53,082 nucleotides of DNA. It comes from Candidatus Pacearchaeota archaeon. GTDB lineage: Archaea; Nanobdellota; Nanobdellia; Pacearchaeales; GW2011-AR1. Location: NCBI GenBank assembly GCA_016866975.1, contig VGKP01000003.1, positions 1 to 53,082 on the forward strand, read 5' to 3'. Positions 9,824 to 20,279 of this stretch are shown here, one piece after another. Below the pieces are notes generated by a model, which saw only the letters and a list, made by a program, of their open reading frames with translations, made no database searches and had not been told where the DNA came from. Numbering within the stretch: position 1 is the stretch's first letter; each line of letters opens with the position of its first letter. The position numbers and the translations under genes are program-made.

Positions 9824-12372
9824 TGACTGACAAACAAAACAACAGTGAGGACAAGCTAGAAGAAGAACTCAAGAGGGAAGAACAAGAGAGAAGAGAGAAA
9901 GGCCAAATAGGCAATGAAAAAGGAGTCATTGCTGCAGAAATTGTAGAGGAGATGGAACAAGCATTCATAGATTATGCCATGTCAGTCATCGTTGACCGTG
10001 CACTCCCAAGCGTCGAAGATGGCCTTAAGCCAGTGCATAGAAGGATTCTGTATGCCATGCACAGCATCGGTCTTGATTCCAGCAAACCCACAAAAAAATC
10101 AGCAACAGTAGTGGGAGAAGTCATAGGAAAGTATCATCCTCACGGAGACGTCCCAGTTTATGAGGCAATGGTGCGTATGGCGCAGGACTTCTCTCTCCGT
10201 TATCCTCTTGTCCATGGCCAAGGTAACTTCGGCAGCATGGATGGAGATAAGCAGGCAGCGATGCGTTATACTGAAGCAAAGCTCAGCAAGATATCCACAG
10301 AATTGCTTGCTGACATAGAAAAAGAAACAGTAGCCATGCATCCAAACTTCGACAATTCTCTCAAAGAGCCAGATACCCTTCCTGCAAAACTTCCAAATCT
10401 TCTTCTTAATGGCTCCACAGGTATTGCAGTGGGCATGGCGACAAACATACCTCCTCACAATCTCACAGAAATCTCAGATGCAATAATCGAGTGCATCAAT
10501 AAGCCAGACGTGACTACTGAAGATCTCGCAGAGATTGTCAAAGGCCCAGACTTCCCCACAGGAGGCATCGTCATAGGTTCTGGCATCAAGGACATGTACA
10601 AGACAGGAAAAGGAAAACTCATCCTTCGTGCAAAACATACTTTGGAAGAATCCAAAGGAAAGCAACGCATTATCATAAATGAGATACCTTATATGGTCAA
10701 TAAGGCAGAACTTGTGAAAGAAATAGCTCGCCTTGCTACAGAGAAAAAACTACCTGATATCTCTGATCTCAGGGACGAGTCTGCAAAAGGAAAAGTCAGG
10801 ATAGTCATTGAGCTCAAGAAAGACGTAGATCCCAAGTTTACATTGAACAAGCTATATACTCTTACTAATATCCAGACTACATTTGATGCTAATATGCTTG
10901 CCCTTGTAGGAAAGCAGCCACGCGTATTAAATCTCAAAGATATTCTCACAGAATATATCAAATACCGCCAGGGAGTCGTAAGAAAAAGAAGCAACTTTGA
11001 GCTTAAGAAAGCAGAAGACCGCCTTGAGATCGTCCTTGGTCTTCTTATTGCACTCAAGGACATAGATAAGATAGTTGAATACATAAAGAAAGCAGATAAC
11101 GCTCAGTCAGCCCATGAAGGATTAATGAAAAAATTCGGGCTCTCAGACAGGCAAGCAAAAGCAGTTCTAGAGATACGCCTTCAACAACTTACTCACCTTG
11201 AGGCAACTAAGTTGAAAGATGAGGAGAAATCTTTGAAAGAGATTATAAATGAGTTAAAGCACATCCTTGGAGATGAGAAAGAGATCCTTAAAGTCATAAA
11301 GAAAGAAGTGCAGGAATTGAAGACAAAGTATGGTGACGATAGAAGAACGAGAGTCATAAGAAAAGTTGATGAGATAACTGAACAGGATCTCGTTGAAAAG
11401 AAAGATGTAGTGGTCATGATAAGCGAAGCAGGATATATCAAGAGAGTAGATGTTAAGGCATACAGGGAGCAGAAGCGAGGAGGAGCAGGAGTATCTGGCG
11501 CAGAACTTAAAGAAGAAGACTTCATAAGGAAGATGATTACCTGTAGCACCCATGACTACCTGTTGTTCTTCACGACGAACGGCCGTATCTACTGGCTCAA
11601 AGCAAATGATGTGCCTGCCACGGAAAGAGCAGGAAAAGGCAAGGCAATTGTAAATGTCCTCAATCTACGCGATGAGAAAATAGCTAATGTCCTTGCTATA
11701 AAAGACTTCAATGCAGGGTATTTAATTTTTGCCACGAAGCTCGGCATGGTGAAGAAATTGCCTCTCAAGGATGTCTCCAAACCAAGAAGTACAGGAGTCC
11801 GCATAATGAATCTACCAACAGACAATTCGGATGTCATAATAAATGTAAGAAGAGTAACAGATAAGCAAGAAGTCCTCCTCATTACTAAAAAAGGCCAAGC
11901 CATCCGCTTTGACAGCGATGAAGTTAGACCTATGGGACGTTCAAGCTACGGAGTCAAAGGCGCAGAGCTTGAGAAGAATGATGAAGTCGTATCCCTCGAA
12001 GCGCTCCCCCTAGATGGCAAAACCACCATTCTCACAGTCACTGTCAAAGGCTTTGGCAAGCGCACTGACTTAGAAGAATACCGCAAGACAGCAAGAGGAG
12101 CAAAAGGAGTCATTAACCTCAACACGAGTGACAAGACAGGCGATGTTATAGGTTCTCTTTCAGTTGACGATAAAAACTCTATCATTGCAACCACAAAACA
12201 AGGTATGGTAATCCGTGTCTCCATGCGCGACCTACGCGTCATGGGCCGCGCGACGCAAGGTGTCCATGTCGTCCGTCTTAAAGACAATGATAAAGTCGCA
12301 GATATCGTTAAAGTCCCTATTGCCGAAGGCCTTCCACCTGCAGAGCAACAGACACTAGAAGATATTGAATAA
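9823..12372 (+). CDS. gyrA: DNA gyrase subunit A
   Basis: [23 protein letters not shown] active Tyr, GyrA-box QKRGGAG and six beta-pinwheel repeats. Confidence 0.97.
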   Translation: MTDKQNNSEDKLEEELKREEQERREKGQIGNEKGVIAAEIVEEMEQAFIDYAMSVIVDRALPSVEDGLKPVHRRILYAMHSIGLDSSKPTKKSATVVGEVIGKYHPHGDVPVYEAMVRMAQDFSLRYPLVHGQGNFGSMDGDKQAAMRYTEAKLSKISTELLADIEKETVAMHPNFDNSLKEPDTLPAKLPNLLLNGSTGIAVGMATNIPPHNLTEISDAIIECINKPDVTTEDLAEIVKGPDFPTGGIVIGSGIKDMYKTGKGKLILRAKHTLEESKGKQRIIINEIPYMVNKAELVKEIARLATEKKLPDISDLRDESAKGKVRIVIELKKDVDPKFTLNKLYTLTNIQTTFDANMLALVGKQPRVLNLKDILTEYIKYRQGVVRKRSNFELKKAEDRLEIVLGLLIALKDIDKIVEYIKKADNAQSAHEGLMKKFGLSDRQAKAVLEIRLQQLTHLEATKLKDEEKSLKEIINELKHILGDEKEILKVIKKEVQELKTKYGDDRRTRVIRKVDEITEQDLVEKKDVVVMISEAGYIKRVDVKAYREQKRGGAGVSGAELKEEDFIRKMITCSTHDYLLFFTTNGRIYWLKANDVPATERAGKGKAIVNVLNLRDEKIANVLAIKDFNAGYLIFATKLGMVKKLPLKDVSKPRSTGVRIMNLPTDNSDVIINVRRVTDKQEVLLITKKGQAIRFDSDEVRPMGRSSYGVKGAELEKNDEVVSLEALPLDGKTTILTVTVKGFGKRTDLEEYRKTARGAKGVINLNTSDKTGDVIGSLSVDDKNSIIATTKQGMVIRVSMRDLRVMGRATQGVHVVRLKDNDKVADIVKVPIAEGLPPAEQQTLEDIE

Positions 12373-12471
12373 AGAAATCAAAGACGCGATTCGCCATCAC
12401 GTAGAATCCTATCAAACAATTCTTCAAGTACTTAACGCTCTCAATTCCACCAATCCTCTACCTAAGTAAAC

Positions 12472-12564
12472 ATGCCATCAAGAATCGAAGATTCTTGAGG
12501 TTTGGATGCTCAAGGAACAACTCCAGCTTAAAAGCTGGAGTTTTAGTCAAGTTCTTTGACATAA
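12472..12564 (+). mobile_element. Hairpin element copy 2 (short hairpin + module C)
   Basis: atgccATCAAGAATCgaaGATTCTTGAggtttggatgctcaaggaac...gttctttGACATAA, nearly identical to 37580-37672. Confidence 0.88.
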
Positions 12565-12709
12565 AGAAAGATACATTAATTTGGCAAATCCATTCTTTTC
12601 TTCATAGCATGAGATTACTTCATATCCTTGTCCCCAAAGTCCAAACATCGTGCTCACCGTAAATTCATCATGATCTAATCGCGCTATCAACGTAGACATT
12701 TCCATTATT

Positions 12710-13024
12710 TCAAGATCCTCCCAAAGGCACCCTCACCCACTTCTTAATGCCTGCAAGAGCATAATGACGATAGTCCTTCTTCTCCATATCCCACCCCTTC
12801 AGAAGCCATTGCATCTGCTCATGATATGGTTTAAGATTCCCATAATATATTTCAAGTGGAACAAAACGTCTCTCACTAGTCTCTCCCTTCCAATTCGTAT
12901 AAACTGCACAAATCGCAATCTCCTCTAAATCTCTTCCTTTCGCAACATTAGTCACTTCTCTTGGGACTCCAACACCATCAGGTTCAGCCATCAACTTATC
13001 ACTAAAGTAACATTTAAAAATCAT
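12710..13024 (-). CDS. Stand-alone WYL-domain protein
   Basis: YTNWKGETSERRFVPLEIYYG...WLLKGWDMEKKDYRHYAL is the WYL pattern. No HTH domain. Confidence 0.75.
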   Translation of the reverse strand: MIFKCYFSDKLMAEPDGVGVPREVTNVAKGRDLEEIAICAVYTNWKGETSERRFVPLEIYYGNLKPYHEQMQWLLKGWDMEKKDYRHYALAGIKKWVRVPLGGS

Positions 13025-13043
13025 CCCTCCAATCCTATCACAA

Positions 13044-13116
13044 GCCTCAATAGTTTAGTGGTTTAAAACACATCCCTGTCACGGATGAGTCCCGAGTTCG
13101 ATTCTCGGTTGGGGCG
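13044..13116 (+). tRNA. tRNA-Asp(GTC)
   Basis: Acceptor GCCTCAA/TTGGGGC, anticodon arm CATCC-CT-GTC-AC-GGATG, T-arm CCGAG-TTCGATT-CTCGG, G73, no CCA. Confidence 0.93.
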
Positions 13117-13239
13117 TTTGACAAAGAGAGTTCTTTACAAAGCACAACAAAGACATCAAGCACAAATCGTATTTTACGAAGCAATTTTACGCAATCGTAA
13201 AAAGCCAGAGACTTAAGCCCATGAGAAAAAGAAGTGATT

Positions 13240-13641
13240 TCAATAATACGCGACTTCAAGCTTAATTCCATCAGGGTCAGAAAAGAATACTGCATAATAC
13301 TTATCAGTATATTCAGGATAACTTTGTGGCGGATCAAAAATATCAGTTTTGTTCTTAATAATTTCATAAATAGAATCCACATCCTCGGTAGATTTAGCTT
13401 TAATACACAAATGATGCAATCCTGGTGCAAAGAATTTATATTTTGGTTCTAAGCTTTCTGCTTGGGCTATTGAAATCCCAAATCCTTCTTTTGTTACCCA
13501 AGCAGCACTCTTTTCTTTACTCGAGACTTGTGCAAAACCTAATTTATCGAAAATAAGCTTGTAAAACTCTTGGCTTTTCTCGAAGTTACTTACCGCAATT
13601 TTTATGTGGCCTATCGGGTCTCTAGACAAATTATCTTTCAT
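13240..13641 (-). CDS. VOC/glyoxalase family protein
   Basis: GHIKIAVSNFEKSQEFY, GLHHLCI and YYAVFFSDPDGIKLEV motifs. Confidence 0.88.
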   Translation of the reverse strand: MKDNLSRDPIGHIKIAVSNFEKSQEFYKLIFDKLGFAQVSSKEKSAAWVTKEGFGISIAQAESLEPKYKFFAPGLHHLCIKAKSTEDVDSIYEIIKNKTDIFDPPQSYPEYTDKYYAVFFSDPDGIKLEVAYY

Positions 13642-13899
13642 AATTTTATATAAGTAGGCTCTTATTTAATTTCTCTCGTTTTAACTTGTACGAGGAAAAT
13701 AGGGGATTTTATAGAGATCTTAATCGTGCCTCAACAAGAGGAAATTCATGGGAGAAATAACGCTCAAAACGAAGAGCATATTTACCTTAAAACTTCTACC
13801 AGCTCCTCCTGCACCTTCTTAAGCGCACCTTTTTCTATAAATCTCATCACGAAACTTCTCTCTTCACTACATTTTCATCACATTAAAAAGAATTAAGGA

Positions 13900-13977
13900 T
13901 TACTTTTTCCTCTTCAATCGAATTTTTTGTGCTCTGCGGGAACGATTGCGCCGCAAGGCTCTTCTGCGTGTTGGCAT
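13900..13977 (-). CDS. 25-aa Arg/Lys-rich peptide (MPTRRRALRRNRSRRAQKIRLKRKK), eL41-like in size and composition
   Basis: Hand translation of an ATG...TAA ORF with locally higher GC. Confidence 0.4.
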   Translation of the reverse strand: MPTRRRALRRNRSRRAQKIRLKRKK

Positions 13978-14102
13978 AATACACTAAGTAAATGTATGTT
14001 CTTAAATGCATGTTTTAAAGTAAAAACTGCTTCATCTGAAGTTTTACACAAGTTTCTTGATATCGATAAAATTTATAAATACAGGAAACTTTTCAAAAAA
14101 AC

Positions 14103-14927
14103 ATGATAAGTAAAAAATTCCAGATTATGCTGGTATTCTCACTGATTCTATTGGTGATGCCACTTGTCTCGGCTGTTGAGACTTCTATAGGTGTCGAGAC
14201 ACTCCCTGGACACCATGTTACATTGAATATTCTTAATGCGAAGACAGATGACCTATACAAGAGCCTTGAAGGCAATGCCAGCACATCAGGGATAGCATCA
14301 TTCACTTACACCTCTAGCAGTACTCGGGACATCAATATCTATACAATTATCAGGAACGAGAACGGCAAGATAGTCCTTACAAAAAAGTTCACGGGCATGA
14401 CTACTGGAAATGCAATCACCCTTAAAGTAATAGATGAGACAAATAAACTTGCTGCTTCAAGCCCTCCTGCTCCTAACCTGACAGTAAATAATTCCCCTCA
14501 GAACAACACTCCTGTAAATCTCTCTGTTAATATCACTGCCAAGAATGATACAAATGTGACATCTAATGTGACATCTAACGCGACCTCATTCAACTTTGAG
14601 TCAGCTGCATCTGGTCTCTGGAACAACATCCTGGGCTATAGCTACATCATCCTCATTGTCGTCATCGTTCTCGCATTAGCTTTCCTGATATACTGGTTCT
14701 GGCCAACTATAAGCAGTAAACTAAAGTCAATCAAGCCAACACAATTTGCCAAGACAGGAAACAACTTTGATACAGGAGAATCAAAAGAACTCATCCACGC
14801 CGAAAGAAAGCTAAAGCAACTGGAAGAGGAGATTTACAAGATAAAGAACAGGGGCAAAAGGATTGCAGAGGCTGAGAGAAAATTTGAAGAAGCGAAGAGG
14901 GAATTAGAGAGAGTTAAGAAAGAATAA
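14103..14927 (+). CDS. Secreted, membrane-anchored glycoprotein with sequon-rich stalk and cytoplasmic coiled coil
   Basis: Signal peptide, NVTS-NVTS-NATS repeats, a TM helix and an E/K-rich tail. Confidence 0.7.
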   Translation: MISKKFQIMLVFSLILLVMPLVSAVETSIGVETLPGHHVTLNILNAKTDDLYKSLEGNASTSGIASFTYTSSSTRDINIYTIIRNENGKIVLTKKFTGMTTGNAITLKVIDETNKLAASSPPAPNLTVNNSPQNNTPVNLSVNITAKNDTNVTSNVTSNATSFNFESAASGLWNNILGYSYIILIVVIVLALAFLIYWFWPTISSKLKSIKPTQFAKTGNNFDTGESKELIHAERKLKQLEEEIYKIKNRGKRIAEAERKFEEAKRELERVKKE

Positions 14928-14994
14928 ATCTATTCCTTTTGAAATTGAAGTTAGGTATAATCCTCAGATTCCCCATTAAATTCTCATACAGATA

Positions 14995-16356
14995 CTAGGC
15001 CTTTTCAACTTTAGGTCCATGTGGAGTATCCAATATTCTATATCCTTTCTCAAGTATTCTCTGCCTGATTATGTCAGACTCTGCCCACATCTTATTTTTC
15101 CTTAGTCTCTCTCTTGAATCTACAAGTTTCTGGACTTCTTCAGGAACATCAATCTTTTCTTCTTTCATCTCAGAGATTCCAAGTCCAAGGACAGAGTCCA
15201 TATGCTCAATCATCTCGATCCTTTTTTTGCTTTCAAACGCATCGTCATCCAGTGTCTTAAGAAAAACTTGTAACGCCGCAGGAATATTCATGTCATCATA
15301 CAAAGCCTTTTCAAATTCCCCTCTATATTCTTCGCTCTTGTCGCTTCCTTTATGCTTCGTCATCTTCATCTCAATAACTTTTCTCCTCACTCTTTCATAA
15401 GCTGATCTCGCCGCATCAAGACCTTCGAATGTAAACGCCAACGGCTTCCTATAATGAGTTTGTAAGCAATAATATCTATAATGCACTGACTCGTAACCTT
15501 GCTTTTTCAGCTCATCAAGCGTAAGAATATTTCCAAGTGATTTTGACATCTTTCCTTCTTTCATAGTCACTAAACCGCCATGAATCCAATAATTAACAAA
15601 TTTCTTTCCAGTTGCTGTTTCGCTCTGTGCGATTTCATTGGTATGATGTGGAAAGAGCAAATCAACTCCCCCAGTATGAATATCAAACGATTCACCCAAA
15701 TTAGAGATCCCCATAGCTGAACATTCTATATGCCACCCTGGCCTTCCTTTGCCTATCTCTGTCTCCCAAAATACATCTCCATCTTCAGGAGTATAAAATT
15801 TCCACAATGCAAAATCCTGCGAATTCTCTTTTCCATATTCATCAGAGCGCACCCTCGCCTTTGTTTTCTTTGATTTTTCAAGTTGCGCCAATTTCCCATA
15901 GTTCTTAAACTTAGAAATAGAAAAATAAACTCCATCTTCAGATTTGTAAGCATATCCTTTATCAATTAGTTTTTTTATCATTTCGACCATCTCAGGAATA
16001 CTGTCAACTGCGCTAGATACAATTGTAGGCCTTAGTATATTGAGTTCCAATAAGTCATTAAAAAATATCTTTTCATATTTTGATGTCAGAGCCTTCAGCG
16101 TTATCCCTTCTTTCTGGCTCGCCTTTATAGTTTTATCATCAACATCTGTAATATTCATTACATGCTTTACCTTATATCCTAAAAATCCAAGAGTTCTCCT
16201 CAAAAAGTCATTAAGTAACATTGTCCTGAAGTTTCCAATATGCTGGTACCAGTAAACAGTCGGCCCGCATGTGTACATCCCGACCTGCCCTTTCTTAATC
16301 GGCTTGAATTCCTCTTTCTTTCGCGTCAGAGAATTGTATAGGTATAGTTTTCCCAT
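14995..16356 (-). CDS. cysS: Cysteinyl-tRNA synthetase
   Basis: CGPTVY, HIGN, GRPGWHIECS, FPHHTNE and KMSKS motifs. Confidence 0.97.
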   Translation of the reverse strand: MGKLYLYNSLTRKKEEFKPIKKGQVGMYTCGPTVYWYQHIGNFRTMLLNDFLRRTLGFLGYKVKHVMNITDVDDKTIKASQKEGITLKALTSKYEKIFFNDLLELNILRPTIVSSAVDSIPEMVEMIKKLIDKGYAYKSEDGVYFSISKFKNYGKLAQLEKSKKTKARVRSDEYGKENSQDFALWKFYTPEDGDVFWETEIGKGRPGWHIECSAMGISNLGESFDIHTGGVDLLFPHHTNEIAQSETATGKKFVNYWIHGGLVTMKEGKMSKSLGNILTLDELKKQGYESVHYRYYCLQTHYRKPLAFTFEGLDAARSAYERVRRKVIEMKMTKHKGSDKSEEYRGEFEKALYDDMNIPAALQVFLKTLDDDAFESKKRIEMIEHMDSVLGLGISEMKEEKIDVPEEVQKLVDSRERLRKNKMWAESDIIRQRILEKGYRILDTPHGPKVEKA

Positions 16357-16446
16357 ATATTCTCGGCGGAATTGGTTATATTTAAGAGTTTCTAGGCAAT
16401 TTTCTAGTACCCTATTGCTTTATATACTCACATTTCCAGCCCATAA

Positions 16447-16553
16447 TACTACAAACGGAAAACCGGATGTTATAGGACAAGGCTGCCCAGCAGACTTCTT
16501 GTTCTACCCACGCAGGGCACGCGTACAAGCGCCTTTGGTGCATTATAGAAACA
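16447..16553 (+). promoter_or_regulatory. Probable structured 5' leader of the DEAD-box helicase gene
   Basis: TTTATATA at 16418-16425 and hairpin TAGGACAAG...CTTGTTCTA (16473-16506) with inner CTGC-cca-GCAG. Confidence 0.4.
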
Positions 16554-17873
16554 ATGGAATCATTTAAGAAATTAGGGCTATCTGAAGAGATAATTAAAGC
16601 ACTAGCTGAAGCTAAGTTCGAAAACCCTACAGAGATTCAGGAAAAAGCTATCCCTCTTTCTCTTCAGGGAAAAGATATAATTGGAAGTGCGGCTACAGGA
16701 AGTGGAAAGACTCTGGCCTTTGGATCCCAAATAATACAGAATCTTCAAAGGAAGCAGGGTGTCCAAGCACTTATAATGACTCCTACAAGAGAGCTTGCCG
16801 AGCAGGTTGGGAAAAATCTAAGAGCTTTCTCTAAACATCATCCACTGAATATCGTAATGGTATATGGAGGTGTCTCCATAGGTCCTCAGGTCTCTGCAAT
16901 TGAGCATGCAGATGTCATTGTAGGCACTCCTGGACGCATATTGGATCACCTCACACAGGGCACACTCTCACTCAGAAAAATAAAGATTCTTGTCCTGGAT
17001 GAAGCAGACAGAATGCTTGATATGGGGTTCATCGAGGATGTTGACAAAATAATTTCACAATGTCCTAAAGAAAGACAGACAATGTTATTTTCTGCAACAA
17101 TATCTCCAGACATAGAGCATCTTACAAAGAAGTATCTCAAGAATCCTGTTAATATCTCAGTCGAGACATATGTCGACCCTTCACTTCTAAAGCAAGTATA
17201 TTATGACGTTCCAAAAGAACAGAAATTCTCTCTTCTTGTTCACCTTTTAAAGAAGGAAGAGGCAGGCTTGGTAATGGTATTCTGCAATACAAGAAGGAAC
17301 ACTGACATAGTGGCCAGAAATCTGAATGAGAATGAAATTGATGCTATGCCGATCCATGGTGGCCTTTCACAACAAAAGAGGAATTCTATCCTGGAAAGAT
17401 TCCATGGAGGAAAAGTTTGTGTATTGGTTTGTACAGATGTCGCGGCGCGCGGTTTGGACATCAAAGGGGTCTCTCACGTCTATAATTACGATTCCCCTCC
17501 AAATAGTAAGGAATATGTCCATAGAATTGGAAGGACAGCAAGAGCAGGAAAGGAAGGTATAGCTATAAGTCTTGTCTCCCAGAGAGATTATGAAAATTTC
17601 AGGAACGTACTAAGAAACTCAGACTTGAAGATAGAACCACTTTCCCTTCCAGAAAATATGCAAAGAGTCTTCTTCCAAGTAAATGATCATAGAGATAGAG
17701 GTAGAAGAAGCTTCAGCCCAAGAGGTCACAGAGAAAGTGGAGGAAGAGAATCAAGAGGCAGGTCGTATAGAGGCCGAGAAGATAGCAGAGGAGAACGTAG
17801 GAACTTTGGAGGTCGAGGAAGAGGTTTTGGAGAAAGAAGCCGTTCTTACGGCGGGCGCGGAAGAAGATATTAG
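16554..17873 (+). CDS. DEAD-box RNA helicase with RGG-rich tail
   Basis: Q motif, ATGSGKT, PTRELA, DEAD, SAT and HRIGRTARAG motifs. Confidence 0.95.
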   Translation: MESFKKLGLSEEIIKALAEAKFENPTEIQEKAIPLSLQGKDIIGSAATGSGKTLAFGSQIIQNLQRKQGVQALIMTPTRELAEQVGKNLRAFSKHHPLNIVMVYGGVSIGPQVSAIEHADVIVGTPGRILDHLTQGTLSLRKIKILVLDEADRMLDMGFIEDVDKIISQCPKERQTMLFSATISPDIEHLTKKYLKNPVNISVETYVDPSLLKQVYYDVPKEQKFSLLVHLLKKEEAGLVMVFCNTRRNTDIVARNLNENEIDAMPIHGGLSQQKRNSILERFHGGKVCVLVCTDVAARGLDIKGVSHVYNYDSPPNSKEYVHRIGRTARAGKEGIAISLVSQRDYENFRNVLRNSDLKIEPLSLPENMQRVFFQVNDHRDRGRRSFSPRGHRESGGRESRGRSYRGREDSRGERRNFGGRGRGFGERSRSYGGRGRRY

Positions 17874-18434
17874 ATGAACAATACTTTTATTTTTATCAGG
17901 CATGCAAAGACATTGGTCGATAAGGATGTGCCTATAGATGACTGGATACTCACAAAAGAAGGCGAACAGCAAGCTAATTCACTTGCAGAATCTAGCAACT
18001 TTGATGATGCAGACATCCTTATTTCATCTGAAGAACAAAAATCATTTCTTACTCTAGTGCCTCTTTCAAAGAAATTAGGTAAGGACATAATAAAGATCAA
18101 GGAGCTTGGAGAGATCCAACGTCCAAATTCAGAGAAGCTCACATTAAAAGAATATGAAGATATGAAAACTAAGGTTTTCAAGAACCTAAATTTTACAGAC
18201 CATGGATGGGAGACAGCAAATCATGCTCTTTCTCGTTTCAAGCAAACTATAAATAATATTGATTCTATATATCAAAATAAGATCATAATCATTTGCGCTC
18301 ACGGTACTGTCATGACTTTATTTTTCGCGGATTTACAAAATAAGTTGGACAATCTGTTCTCTCGTTGGCACGGCCTTGAATTTGGAGCCTCTGGAATTGT
18401 AAAAGATGGCAAAGTACTCAAGGACATAGTATAA
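17874..18434 (+). CDS. Histidine phosphatase family protein
   Basis: FIRHAKT, LGEIQRP and IICAHGT motifs. Confidence 0.8.
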   Translation: MNNTFIFIRHAKTLVDKDVPIDDWILTKEGEQQANSLAESSNFDDADILISSEEQKSFLTLVPLSKKLGKDIIKIKELGEIQRPNSEKLTLKEYEDMKTKVFKNLNFTDHGWETANHALSRFKQTINNIDSIYQNKIIIICAHGTVMTLFFADLQNKLDNLFSRWHGLEFGASGIVKDGKVLKDIV

Positions 18435-18476
18435 ACTTAATCAAATTTAAAAGCATAGGAATAGAAGTATTCTCCC

Positions 18477-19121
18477 ATGAGCTCATTAGAACAGAAACTC
18501 CATAAAGAGAAAGACTCTCCTTCCCATATACAATTGCACGCAATAGACTCTGTAGCATCACTTGGAGTGTCTCAGCCCCTCTGGAGCATCATAGATAAGA
18601 ATATCCTGGGGATTCCTTATGAGCAGTCGCTTTCTGGCAGATGGTTAGGGGTATGCCTTACCGTTGGAGGTCTGGGCTTTCTGATGGGAAAGTCAAGAGA
18701 ACTCTATCAAGGATTAAGGGGAGTGACGAGATACTCTCCTGAGAATAAGATAAAACAAGTTGACAGAGAATTTCTTGCATTATGGAGTGCTGCGACATGC
18801 CCTCTGTACTATAAGCTATCAGGAGGGCAATTTGATGCAAGCATGTTCTGGACAACTGTAATGGCTACAGGAGTTGGATACACTATTGGTCCTGAGATGG
18901 GAATGGCTGTAGATGGTCTAAGAGGTATGTCTGGATTAGGTGAAGAGCATAGATTACCAGAAAAAATAAAATCCTTGCCAAATTATGCTAAAAAAAGCAT
19001 TGTAGCGACTACTGCTGCAATCGCATTATTATTCGTAAGCGCATGGTACAATAAACCTTGGGACAACTACACGCCAAAAATGAACAGAATAGAATTAAAA
19101 CAAAATATAAACTCTCATTGA
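18477..19121 (+). CDS. Membrane protein, AlaE-like in part
   Basis: GIPYEQSLSGRW segment resembles the AlaE exporter pattern; several TM segments. Confidence 0.4.
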   Translation: MSSLEQKLHKEKDSPSHIQLHAIDSVASLGVSQPLWSIIDKNILGIPYEQSLSGRWLGVCLTVGGLGFLMGKSRELYQGLRGVTRYSPENKIKQVDREFLALWSAATCPLYYKLSGGQFDASMFWTTVMATGVGYTIGPEMGMAVDGLRGMSGLGEEHRLPEKIKSLPNYAKKSIVATTAAIALLFVSAWYNKPWDNYTPKMNRIELKQNINSH

Positions 19122-19132
19122 CTTACTGTATT

Positions 19133-20089
19133 ATGAATATTATAGAAAAGCCTCTTAAAATAGGCAAGATAAAAATTCCCAATAGGATATTCCTCGCTCC
19201 TATGGTGGACGTCACAGATGCAGCATATAGAGAGATATGTAGAAGTGCAGGGGCAGGAATGTCTTATATCGAGATGCTTAATATAGGCGCAATTCTCCAC
19301 ACAAATCCCAAAACACAGAATCTTATGAAGACCTTTGAAAACGAATATCCAAAAGCTATACAGATAACAGGAAAATCAGTTGAAGAATTCAAAGATGTAC
19401 TTCCATTCCTTAAAAACTACGACCTTATTGACCTGAATTGTGGCTGCCCTTCTATACGGACGATAGACAATGAATCAGGAGCCTCCCTCCTCAAAGATCC
19501 AGAAAAGATAGTAATGATAATCAAGATGCTAAAGAAAACAAAGAAAACCGTGACTGCAAAAATTCGGCTTGGATACAAGAACAATAATGTACTCGAGATT
19601 GCAAAAGCAATTGAAAAAGCAGGAGCAGATGCATTGACTGTCCACGCCAGATTAGCTTGGCACAGCAATAAAATTCCAGCGGATTGGGAATGGATAAAGA
19701 GAGTAAAAGAGTCTGTTAAAATTCCAGTCATAGGAAATGGAGATATAGACTCGCCTGAGAAAGCCGAGTTGATGTGTAATATCGCAGATGGCGCCATGAT
19801 AGCACGTGCCGCCATAGGAAATCCCTTCCTCTTCAAACAAATCTTCCATTATTCCAAGACGAGAAAAGACATGCCCTTCAACTTCAAAGAGAATCTCTCC
19901 TATTTCCAAGAATATCTCAGGCTAATAAAAAAATATGATATCATAGACCTCCCAAGAGCAAAGTACATCGGTACTAACTTCTTCAGGAACATAAAAGGGG
20001 CCTCACAGATGCGCCAGAAACTCATGACTTGCAGGTCTTATGAAGATATTTCAGATACAGTAGAAGGATTTAGTAAAGCCAATCCCTGA
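19133..20089 (+). CDS. dus: tRNA-dihydrouridine synthase
   Basis: LAPMVDVTD, DLNCGCP, KIRLG, TVHAR and IGNGDI motifs. Confidence 0.92.
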   Translation: MNIIEKPLKIGKIKIPNRIFLAPMVDVTDAAYREICRSAGAGMSYIEMLNIGAILHTNPKTQNLMKTFENEYPKAIQITGKSVEEFKDVLPFLKNYDLIDLNCGCPSIRTIDNESGASLLKDPEKIVMIIKMLKKTKKTVTAKIRLGYKNNNVLEIAKAIEKAGADALTVHARLAWHSNKIPADWEWIKRVKESVKIPVIGNGDIDSPEKAELMCNIADGAMIARAAIGNPFLFKQIFHYSKTRKDMPFNFKENLSYFQEYLRLIKKYDIIDLPRAKYIGTNFFRNIKGASQMRQKLMTCRSYEDISDTVEGFSKANP

Positions 20090-20279
20090 GTTCGTCTTTC
20101 TGATTATTTACCATTATTCCATACCGTTAATCGCATATTTGGCCTAGGCCTCTCACCTCAACAAGTGACAATTGAACACGACCCTTCAGACTTTGAACCT
20201 TACGGTTATAATCCATTCTCAAGAGTCTACAACACTCTGCGGGGAAAACCTTTATAAACCTACAAGCCATCAAATCACC

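Noticed and set aside
8633-12287. Many antisense ORFs over gyrB/gyrA (and over mcm, valS, cysS, nac)
   Set aside because: Shadow ORFs opposite well-conserved genes, with no motifs or promoter signals.
12547-12699. 50-aa minus-strand ORF ending inside element copy 2
   Set aside because: No recognisable family and its stop is element-derived, so it cannot be called from sequence alone.
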